The notes below the pieces were generated by a model, which was not told the origin of the DNA, made no database searches, and worked only from the letters and a program-made list of their open reading frames with translations. The position numbers and the translations under genes are program-made. Shown here one piece after another: positions 42,289-50,133 of a stretch of DNA of 64,000 bases (position 1 is the first letter of the stretch; each line of letters opens with the position of its first letter). This stretch comes from a bacterium. Lineage in GTDB: Bacteria > DUMJ01. Where the stretch lies: the NCBI GenBank assembly GCA_049969715.1, contig JBMFOH010000009.1, forward strand, positions 850-64,849, written 5' to 3'.

Positions 42289-43012
42289 TTTCGAAATCCA
42301 GGATCAAGTCCTTACAGAGTTCATTTGCCCTAAATAAGGATTCCGGTGTTCCTGCATCTGTCCACCAACCTTTAAGTGTATCATAAGTCAAAGAACCCTT
42401 TCTTAGATAAGTATTATTTACATCTGTGATCTCTAGTTCACCTCTTTCCGAGGGTTTCAATTTTTTAATAATATCAAATACCTCTGAGTCATACATATAT
42501 ATTCCTGTTACTGCAAAATTACTTTTTGGCTCTTTAGGTTTTTCTTCTATCGCGATAACTTTACCATCTCTAATTTCTGGAACCCCAAATCTTTGAGGGT
42601 CTGGGACTTCTTTTAAAAGAATCTTAGCACCTTCAATTTGTTTTTTAAAACTTTTTACATACGGAGTTATATCATCCTCAAAGACATTGTCTCCTAAGAT
42701 TACCACACATCTACCGCCATTTATAAAATGTTCAGCTAGACCTAGAGCTTGTGCTATACCTCCTGCCTCATCCTGTACTTTATATGTAAATTCTACTCCA
42801 AAGTCTCTTCCACTTCCTAGAAGTTCTATAACATCGCCCATATGTTCACGTCCAGTTACTATAAGGATATCTTCTATACCAGCCTGCTTAAGTCTATATA
42901 TAGGATAAAAGATCATAGGATATTTGCCTACAGGTAAAAGATGTTTATTTGTAACTTTTGTAAGAGGCCTTAGTCTTGAGCCTGTTCCACCTGCCAAGAT
43001 TATCCCTTTCAT
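42281..43012 (-). CDS. rfbA: Glucose-1-phosphate thymidylyltransferase (short form)
   Basis: MKGIILAGGTGSRLRPLT nucleotidyltransferase N-terminus. About 50 aa shorter than E. coli RmlA. Confidence 0.7.
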   Translation of the reverse strand: MKGIILAGGTGSRLRPLTKVTNKHLLPVGKYPMIFYPIYRLKQAGIEDILIVTGREHMGDVIELLGSGRDFGVEFTYKVQDEAGGIAQALGLAEHFINGGRCVVILGDNVFEDDITPYVKSFKKQIEGAKILLKEVPDPQRFGVPEIRDGKVIAIEEKPKEPKSNFAVTGIYMYDSEVFDIIKKLKPSERGELEITDVNNTYLRKGSLTYDTLKGWWTDAGTPESLFRANELCKDLILDFENG

Positions 43013-43022
43013 TTTAGTCCCC

Positions 43023-43565
43023 TTAAAATATCGGTTGGAACTCGTAAGAATAGTAGAACCTTATATTTTTACTCTTAGCATATTCTTCCGTTTCTAGATC
43101 GGTCATATAGGTAACTAGAATAGGGAAGATGTCTTCTTTAAGAGTCTCTCTTATATCTTTAAGTCTATCTATAAAATCTACTATATGCCTAATAGAAAGG
43201 TTAGCCTTGGCTTCTCCTATTATGTATATCTCTTTACCATCTTTCTCTGCCTTTCCTATTATGTTTATCTCCATAACTTTCCCTTTATAAGTTCTTATCA
43301 TCTTCCTTACTAACCTTTCTTTTACCTTTATGCCAAACTCTTCTTCTAAGAGTTTAGGAAGAGAAATGTAAGCTCTATCTTCTAATTGAAAACCAAAAGC
43401 ATGAGCAAGGCCACCAAGCTGTCTCTTTATATCTACCATCTCTCTCTGCATCTCCTCTACTACCAGTATAAGCCTTTCTAGTCTTGTCTCTGTTTTTGCC
43501 TGTGCCTGGATCAATTCTTTTATAGTTTCTTTTAAGTTACTCACTTCTCTATCTATAGGAAGCAA
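43023..43565 (-). CDS. Hypothetical protein: N-terminal coiled coil plus C-terminal PD-(D/E)xK-like motif
   Basis: TTG start with a GGAGA RBS. …EINIIGKAEKDGKEIYIIGEAK… resembles an E…ExK nuclease-fold signature. It is the first gene of the rfbACB operon, with a 10-nt gap. Confidence 0.5.
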   Translation of the reverse strand: MLPIDREVSNLKETIKELIQAQAKTETRLERLILVVEEMQREMVDIKRQLGGLAHAFGFQLEDRAYISLPKLLEEEFGIKVKERLVRKMIRTYKGKVMEINIIGKAEKDGKEIYIIGEAKANLSIRHIVDFIDRLKDIRETLKEDIFPILVTYMTDLETEEYAKSKNIRFYYSYEFQPIF

Positions 43566-43796
43566 TATCTCCAGTTCCTGCTTTAAAACCTCTCTAAGCT
43601 ATCCTATATATTTCTTCTCTTTCTATAGCCTCCATCTTCCTTGCCTCCTGTGTTATTCAATTCCTATTATATCATACTATAACTATTCCAAAATTGATAG
43701 GCAAATTAATGAATCTCATCCTTTTAGGTGTTGCCCTTTTGAATATCTTGTGATAATATCTAATCTAGAGATTCAAACGAGAGGAGGTTTCTAGAT

Positions 43797-44003
43797 TTGG
43801 ATAATATTAACAGTGTTGATACTATTCAGATTGCTGTAGCATTTTATGCCTTTAAGAAAGCTCAAAAAATAGAAGAAGATACTAGTAAGATATTAATACA
43901 GAAGACACTACAAAAAACAGATGGGAGTAACAAGAATATTGATAAGGAGCCAGAAAAAGACCTATTTTCCTGGCTTGGACAGAATATAGATATTGTGATA
44001 TAA
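43797..44003 (+). CDS. Candidate small protein (68 aa)
   Basis: TTG start 9 nt after a strong GAGGAGG. No known family. Confidence 0.3.
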   Translation: MDNINSVDTIQIAVAFYAFKKAQKIEEDTSKILIQKTLQKTDGSNKNIDKEPEKDLFSWLGQNIDIVI

Positions 44004-44123
44004 TTTTACTGTAATCAGAGAGAATTCTAGAGATATGATCAATTTTATCTTACAAAGAGTGGAAAATTACTGTGAGGAGGGTTTGATCCTCTGTATAATC
44101 TTTGGTCCTTATGTAAGAGGTAA

Positions 44124-45743
44124 ATGAAAACTTCGGAAGAAATAAAAAAACTATTAACTGCATCCCTAAAAAGGGATGCCAACAGTGAAGGTTTTGTAGG
44201 TAGAAACTTTATAGAGGAGCTTGTCTCTTCTTCAGTAAGGATACATAAGGGGGTCTCTGTCTATCTAACCAGGAAGAAACAGATTATAGATGTCATTGTA
44301 GATTCTGGATTAAGTAACCTTTCTGTCTCTGAGAAGAGAGATTCTCTATCTAAAGTCTTTTGTATAACTACAAAGTTGGGTAGAGAGGCTATAGTAAACG
44401 GTATAGAGCTTGCTACACTTAAAAATCTAAGGTTAGATTTCTATGCAGTCCTTTCTATATCTAAAGATGGAAGGCCTAAAGATATGCAGGTTGCTTTTCT
44501 TGATGGGAGAAAACTTGATACCTTTGAAACAGTTGGACCTTATCCATATGATTACTTTTTTACATTCGACTTTCTTGGAAAGATATCAGAGATAGAAAAG
44601 AAAGGCGAGACAAAAGCTTATGATACTGGAGAAGAGAGAGAAAGGGTTGTATTGGTTGATGTAAGAAATGGAAAGGATAAGGCATTAGAAGATTACCTTT
44701 TTGAAGAACTAGAAAGGTTGACTATTACTGCAGGCGGGGAAGTTATATATAAGTTATCCCAAAGAAAGGATTCTCCTGATCCCAAGTATTATATAGGAGA
44801 GGGGAAAGTAAGAGAATTAGCTGATATAGTTCAAAGGGTATCGGGAAATCTTGTCATATTTAATGGAGACCTCTCTCCATCACAGATAGCAAATCTAGAA
44901 TCGGTTCTAGGGGTAAGAGTGATAGACAGGACAGACCTTATCCTCGATATATTTGCTAAGCACGCCCAGTCTAGAGAGGGAAAGCTTCAAGTAGAGCTTG
45001 CTCAGTTAAGATATATGCTTCCTAGGCTTACAGGAAAAGGTAAGGAGCTTTCACGTCTCGGGGGAGGTATAGGGACTAGAGGACCTGGGGAAAGAAAATT
45101 AGAAGTAGATAGAAGACACATTCTTAAGAGAATAAACCTATTAGAACGAGAGCTTGAAGATGTAAAGAGGCATAGGGCATTAGTTAGGCATACAAGAGAA
45201 AGGAATAACCTTCCAGTGGTTTCTCTAGTAGGATATACAAATGCAGGAAAATCTACCCTTATGAATACCCTTACTCATTCTAGTGTGCTTGTAGCTGATA
45301 AGCTTTTTGCTACCCTTGATCCTACTACGAGGCTCTTATGGCTCAATGACTTAAAAGTTCTTTTAACCGATACCGTTGGTTTTATACACAAACTACCACA
45401 TCATTTGATTGAGGCATTTTCTGCCACCTTAGAGGAGATAAGATATACAGACTTGATCCTCCATATTATAGATGCTAGCGACCCTTTCTATGATGAGCAT
45501 ATCAAGGTAGTAGATGATATGCTTATTAAACTGGCAATAAATGACAAGCCAGTTATAAGAGTGTATAATAAGATAGACCTTATAGATATTGATGAATTTG
45601 TACCGCTTTCAGAGGGTATAAATGTGTTTGTGTCAGCATTAACTGGAGAGAATATAGAAGAGCTTAAAAGAATCATAAAGGAAGAGGTCTTAAAAGTTAG
45701 GGTAGAAAGCGGATCTGCGAAGGTAGGTAAAAAGGATGCTTAA
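44124..45743 (+). CDS. hflX: GTPase HflX with a roughly 170-aa N-terminal extension
   Basis: HflX N-domain from about residue 172 and G-domain GYTNAGKSTLMN. AAGAGG RBS at the ATG 44124. Confidence 0.8.
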   Translation: MKTSEEIKKLLTASLKRDANSEGFVGRNFIEELVSSSVRIHKGVSVYLTRKKQIIDVIVDSGLSNLSVSEKRDSLSKVFCITTKLGREAIVNGIELATLKNLRLDFYAVLSISKDGRPKDMQVAFLDGRKLDTFETVGPYPYDYFFTFDFLGKISEIEKKGETKAYDTGEERERVVLVDVRNGKDKALEDYLFEELERLTITAGGEVIYKLSQRKDSPDPKYYIGEGKVRELADIVQRVSGNLVIFNGDLSPSQIANLESVLGVRVIDRTDLILDIFAKHAQSREGKLQVELAQLRYMLPRLTGKGKELSRLGGGIGTRGPGERKLEVDRRHILKRINLLERELEDVKRHRALVRHTRERNNLPVVSLVGYTNAGKSTLMNTLTHSSVLVADKLFATLDPTTRLLWLNDLKVLLTDTVGFIHKLPHHLIEAFSATLEEIRYTDLILHIIDASDPFYDEHIKVVDDMLIKLAINDKPVIRVYNKIDLIDIDEFVPLSEGINVFVSALTGENIEELKRIIKEEVLKVRVESGSAKVGKKDA

Positions 45744-46641
45744 AGGAATCATCGCTGCTCTTATAACGCCTTTTAGGAATGAGGCAATAGATTTTTCTGC
45801 GTTAGAGAAGCTTTTGGAGTTCCTTATAGAAAAGGGGATTTATGGGGTCTTTGTTTCTGGGACAAACGGGGAAGGTCCTCTTCTCTTGAAAGAAGAGAAA
45901 GAGAATCTCTTTAAAGAGACAGTTAGAATAGTTAACAAGAGAATCTCTGTGATTGCTCAGATAGGTGAAATTTCTACGAAGGAGACGATACTTGTTGGGA
46001 AGAAGGCAGTAGACGCTGGTGTAGATGCTGTGGCTATAGTAAGTCCTTATTACTTCAAGTTAGATGATAATTCTCTTAAAACTCACTTTGTAAAAGTAGC
46101 TAAAGCTTTAGCTTCTACTCCAGTGTATCTCTATAATCTTCCAGGCAGTACCGGGAATATTATAAAACCAGAATTGGCAAAAGCTATAATGGATGAAGCA
46201 AACAATGTGAAAGGAGTAAAGGATAGTAGTAAGGATTTGCAGGTATTAGAGGATTTTATATCTATTCTCCCTTCTAGCTCTGATGTCCTAGTTGGCACAG
46301 ATAGCTTTATCTTTCCTGCTCTTGCAGTTGGGGCTAAAGGGGCTATCTCTGCATTGGCAAATCCATTTCCAGAACTATGTGTAGGCATCTATAGAGATTT
46401 TTTAAATCAGAATTTTGAGGGGGCAAAAGCTAAACAGTTATTTTTAAATAGGATAAGAACAATTACAAAACAGATGTCTTCTATCTCTAGTCTCAAGGTT
46501 TTGTTAAGATCTAGGGGAATAGAGGTAGGAGACCCGAGACTTCCTCTTGGAAGGGTTTCTTCAGAACAAGAGGAAGTGTTAAAAGGTATCATAGAAGAGG
46601 TAGAGAGAACATATTCTATTACGATGGGAGGAAGTTTATGA
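45736..46641 (+). CDS. DHDPS/NAL-family aldolase (4-hydroxy-tetrahydrodipicolinate synthase-like)
   Basis: GVFVSGTNGEG motif, TIM-barrel lysine aldolase family. Confidence 0.7.
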   Translation: MLKGIIAALITPFRNEAIDFSALEKLLEFLIEKGIYGVFVSGTNGEGPLLLKEEKENLFKETVRIVNKRISVIAQIGEISTKETILVGKKAVDAGVDAVAIVSPYYFKLDDNSLKTHFVKVAKALASTPVYLYNLPGSTGNIIKPELAKAIMDEANNVKGVKDSSKDLQVLEDFISILPSSSDVLVGTDSFIFPALAVGAKGAISALANPFPELCVGIYRDFLNQNFEGAKAKQLFLNRIRTITKQMSSISSLKVLLRSRGIEVGDPRLPLGRVSSEQEEVLKGIIEEVERTYSITMGGSL

Positions 46642-47291
46642 CAAGAGAAGAGCTTTTGAAATATATAGACCAAACACTTTTAAAGCCGAATGCTACTATA
46701 GAGGAGGTGGAGAGATTTCTAGAGGAGGCTAAACAGTATAGATTCTTTGCTGTATGTATAAATCCCTGCCATACAAAACTGGCAGTAGAAGAGATGAAGA
46801 ATTCTGGGGTAAAGGTAGGGATAGCTATTGGTTTTCCTCTTGGAGCTACCACCACTTCTACTAAGATCTATGAAGCAAGTGAGGCATTAGAGAATGGTGC
46901 AGATGAACTAGATATGGTAATAAATATAGGTCGGTTAAAGAGTAAAGACTACGAGTATGTTGAGAACGAGATAAAAAAGATTGTAGCACTGGCAAGGGAT
47001 AAGATAGTAAAGGTAATCATAGAGACCTGTTATCTAAGTGAAGAAGAGAAGATCACTGCCTGTAAACTTGCTATGAACGCTGGTGCAAGTTTTGTTAAAA
47101 CCTCTACTGGCTTTGGTCCAGGGGGAGCTACTGTAGAGGATGTAAGATTAATGAGAGAGGTAGTCCAAGATAAGCTTGGTGTAAAGGCTAGTGGAGGCAT
47201 TAGGACATTAGAGGATGCCCTTAGGATGATAGAAGCCGGTGCTAGTAGGATTGGAACTAGTTCAGGAAAGAACATAGTGGATGCCCTTTGA
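46638..47291 (+). CDS. deoC: Deoxyribose-phosphate aldolase
   Basis: DMVINIG…VKASGGIRT Schiff-base region; ATGA overlap with the preceding gene. Confidence 0.85.
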   Translation: MTREELLKYIDQTLLKPNATIEEVERFLEEAKQYRFFAVCINPCHTKLAVEEMKNSGVKVGIAIGFPLGATTTSTKIYEASEALENGADELDMVINIGRLKSKDYEYVENEIKKIVALARDKIVKVIIETCYLSEEEKITACKLAMNAGASFVKTSTGFGPGGATVEDVRLMREVVQDKLGVKASGGIRTLEDALRMIEAGASRIGTSSGKNIVDAL

Positions 47292-48016
47292 CCCTGAGCT
47301 TTATAGTATTTATTTTTGGAGTAGTTATAGGGAGTTTCTTGAATGTATGTATATATCGTATACCAATAGGACTCTCTATATTAAGTCCTGGTTCGTTCTG
47401 CCCTATATGTAAACATCCTCTCTCTTGGAAGGATAATATCCCCATACTGAGTTTTTTCTTTTTAAAAGGGAGATGTAGGTATTGTAGGGCTAGAATCTCC
47501 TCTCAGTATCCGATAGTAGAATTTACTACAGGCATTATATTCTTTCTCTTCTATCTTAAGTTTGGATTTGGTGTAAGTTTTTTTCTCTATACAAGTATCT
47601 CCTCTTTATTGTTTGTCTCTATGTTTATAGACCTAAGGTATATGCTTTTACCTGACTCATTGATGATCCCTGGTATCATATTAGGATGTATAAATGCTTT
47701 TTTATATGATTTCCCCTATAATTTTATAGCCGGAGGTATCTTTGTCATCATCTTCTATTCTCTTAGGGTCCTTTTTAAAGATGGGTTAGGCTTAGGAGAT
47801 ATAGAACTTATAACTATAATCTCTCTGATGCTAGGATTCTATCATACCCTTCTGGTGGTAATCATTTCATCCCTAGTGGGAAGTATCTACGGACTGTATC
47901 TCATAAAGAAAGGAAGGGCTCAATTAAGGACAAAGGTTCCATTTGGTCCCTTTCTTATAGGTTCATTTATCCTTGTATCTCTTACTAATATCCCAGTCTT
48001 TTATCTACCACGTTAA
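47288..48016 (+). CDS. Prepilin peptidase (A24 family)
   Basis: Zinc-finger-like CPICKHPL…CRYC and polytopic membrane protein. TTG start overlapping the deoC stop. Confidence 0.8.
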   Translation: MTLSFIVFIFGVVIGSFLNVCIYRIPIGLSILSPGSFCPICKHPLSWKDNIPILSFFFLKGRCRYCRARISSQYPIVEFTTGIIFFLFYLKFGFGVSFFLYTSISSLLFVSMFIDLRYMLLPDSLMIPGIILGCINAFLYDFPYNFIAGGIFVIIFYSLRVLFKDGLGLGDIELITIISLMLGFYHTLLVVIISSLVGSIYGLYLIKKGRAQLRTKVPFGPFLIGSFILVSLTNIPVFYLPR

Positions 48017-48953
48017 CCATCTTAGATATCTCTGGATAGGCAAGAAGATTTTTGATAAATATCTTTAAGAGCCTCTCTGTATAGTATGGGTTTAAACCTG
48101 CTATATGAGGGGTAATTATCACGTTTTCTAGACCCCATAGTTCACTATCCTCTGGGAGAGGTTCTTTTTCAAATACGTCGAGCCCTACGCCGGCAATCCA
48201 GTTTTCTTTTATTGCCTTTATGATAGCTCCTTCATCTATTACCTTACCTCTGGCTATATTCACAAGAAACGACGTGGGTTTCATAAGTCTTAATTCTCTT
48301 TCTCCAATGAGATGATATGTCTCTTTAGTAAGTGGCACCGTAATAACCACAATATCTGATTCCTTTAGGAGTTTATCAAGTCTATCCGTTCCAAGCAGTT
48401 CATCTGGTTTTATATTTACCCCCTTAGAGATGTCTCTTTTTACTGCAATGACTTTCATATTAAAACCTCGAGCTATCCTGGCTATCTCTTCTCCAATATG
48501 TCCATATCCTATGATACCAATCGTCTTGTTATGTATCTCTCCAGGAGAGATTTCACTGTGGAGCCATTTTCTATTCTTCTTTCCATCAAATGCCGTACAG
48601 AGCCCTCTAGCCCAAGCCAATATGAGGGCAAAGGTATGTTCTGCCATAGGAACCCCGTGGATTCCGCTTGCATTTGTGATAATAATGTCACTTTCTATTA
48701 GTTCTGGAAAGAGTATATTGTCTACTCCTGCCCCTCCTGTTTGGATCCATCTTAACATCTTGGCTCTTTTAAATTCCTCCTGTGTAATGCCTCCAAATAT
48801 TATCTCTGCCTCCTCTATCTTCTCTACTAGATGGATACCCTCCTTGGCTTTTAAAATCCTTTCCTTCTCTTCTTGAGTAAGTTCGTATCTTAGAAGAAGA
48901 TTCACTATTCCAATTCCTCCTATCTTTGATGATTTCATTATAGTATATTCCAA
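47985..48953 (-). CDS. D-isomer-specific 2-hydroxyacid dehydrogenase
   Basis: GIIGYGHIGEEIA NAD-binding motif and catalytic His/Glu region. Confidence 0.8.
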   Translation of the reverse strand: MEYTIMKSSKIGGIGIVNLLLRYELTQEEKERILKAKEGIHLVEKIEEAEIIFGGITQEEFKRAKMLRWIQTGGAGVDNILFPELIESDIIITNASGIHGVPMAEHTFALILAWARGLCTAFDGKKNRKWLHSEISPGEIHNKTIGIIGYGHIGEEIARIARGFNMKVIAVKRDISKGVNIKPDELLGTDRLDKLLKESDIVVITVPLTKETYHLIGERELRLMKPTSFLVNIARGKVIDEGAIIKAIKENWIAGVGLDVFEKEPLPEDSELWGLENVIITPHIAGLNPYYTERLLKIFIKNLLAYPEISKMVNVVDKRLGY

Positions 48954-48995
48954 TCTATTCCAGAGGGCAAATTGAATCCGAGTGACAGGGTTGAC

Positions 48996-49023
48996 TTGAC
49001 ATACCTTGATGATATGATAGAAT
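48996..49023 (+). promoter_or_regulatory. Sigma-70 promoter TTGACA-N16-TAGAAT upstream of the pilin gene
   Basis: Read from the sequence: TTGACA at 48996-49001 and TAGAAT at 49018-49023. Confidence 0.5.
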
Positions 49024-49055
49024 TAAATAAAATCTTACAGATAGGAGGAGTATTT

Positions 49056-49505
49056 ATGAAAACGAAGGGAAAGGAAGGTTTTACTTTGATAGAGCTTATG
49101 ATTGTTATAGCAGTTATAGGCATCTTGGCAGCGGTATTGATTCCCTATACATTTAGGGCACAGAGTAGGGCTAGAGAGACTGGTGTCTTGAATGCAGCAC
49201 GGGCAATTCAGACAGGCCTTGAGATGTATGCATCAAATCAGACTGTGTATCCATGGTACCCTAATTCGTCGACTTCAATCCAAAGTCTTACTACTTTGGT
49301 TTCACCAGCACCTAATAATCCATTTAGTAGTACAGGGTATTTGACTGCTGTTAACACAACTAGTGATCCTACTATGTTCTATCTGGGAGGCACATCTGCA
49401 ACAGCTCCTGGAGTAATCGAGTATATTACCGATGGTAATTCCTATACCCTGATTCCTTATGGGGCAAGTAGTAATACGTTACAAATCTTTGCTGGTGGAC
49501 GTTAA
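49056..49505 (+). CDS. Type IV pilin / pseudopilin (prepilin-type N-terminal cleavage-methylation domain)
   Basis: MKTKGKEGFTLIELMIVIAVIGILAAV. GGAGG RBS. The track start at 48972 lies upstream of the promoter. Confidence 0.75.
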   Translation: MKTKGKEGFTLIELMIVIAVIGILAAVLIPYTFRAQSRARETGVLNAARAIQTGLEMYASNQTVYPWYPNSSTSIQSLTTLVSPAPNNPFSSTGYLTAVNTTSDPTMFYLGGTSATAPGVIEYITDGNSYTLIPYGASSNTLQIFAGGR

Positions 49506-49520
49506 TCAGTTTTAGATTTT

Positions 49521-49540
49521 AGGGGGGTTTCTAGCCCCCT
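49521..49540. terminator. Short G/C hairpin (aggggg-gtttctag-ccccct) between convergent pilin and HAD genes
   Basis: 6-bp stem with T-rich flanks. It overlaps the HAD stop codon. Confidence 0.4.
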
Positions 49541-50058
49541 TTATCTTTTTCTATCATCTCTATTAAAGAGAGAAGTTCTATTATATCTTTTATCTCATAC
49601 CTTGGGGTCTCCTCTTTAGATTGTGGATTAGATGGGTATCTATCATTCCAGTGAAACCATACAGATATAAGACCAAGTCCGTTTGCCCCAACTATATCTC
49701 TTTTGAGATTATTTCCTACCATTAATGTATTTTTATATTCAGCCTTTTCTATTCCTAATGAATTGAGGGCAGATAAAAATATTCTTGGGTCAGGTTTTTC
49801 ATATCCAAGCTCTTCTGATATAGCAAAACAGTCGAAATAATCTATTAATCCATACTTTGAGAGGACATTTTTATATGTCCCTATCCTTGTATCAGCTACA
49901 AGGGCAAGTCTATAACCTGACTTTCTTAGAGACCTTATTACCTCTTCTACCCCATCTATAAGATTGGCATCTAAGGTAACTCCAAATATATCCTTTATCT
50001 CTGTTGCCTCATCCATTAGAGTATCACCTAGATCGAAAAGAATTGCCATTATCTTCAT
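49531..50058 (-). CDS. HAD-superfamily hydrolase
   Basis: Motif I FDLGDTLMD. Start re-called to MKIMAILFDL (ATG at 50058, GGAGGAG RBS). The track's extension to 50100 overlaps the upstream terminator. Confidence 0.7.
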   Translation of the reverse strand: MKIMAILFDLGDTLMDEATEIKDIFGVTLDANLIDGVEEVIRSLRKSGYRLALVADTRIGTYKNVLSKYGLIDYFDCFAISEELGYEKPDPRIFLSALNSLGIEKAEYKNTLMVGNNLKRDIVGANGLGLISVWFHWNDRYPSNPQSKEETPRYEIKDIIELLSLIEMIEKDKGG

Positions 50059-50086
50059 TGTCTCTCCTCCATCATAATAAATAATA

Positions 50087-50115
50087 GGGGGCAAGGTCAT
50101 TTAGACCTTGCCCCC
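50087..50115 (-). terminator. Intrinsic terminator (gggggcaaggtc-attta-gaccttgccccc) after the binding-protein gene
   Basis: Perfect 12-bp stem with a T-rich tail on the minus strand. Confidence 0.55.
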
Positions 50116-50133
50116 TTTATAATCTTTTGAGCT

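Noticed and set aside
48972-49055. Pilin start at 48972
   Set aside because: It lies upstream of the TTGACA-N16-TAGAAT promoter. The ATG at 49056 follows GGAGG and yields a classic prepilin leader.
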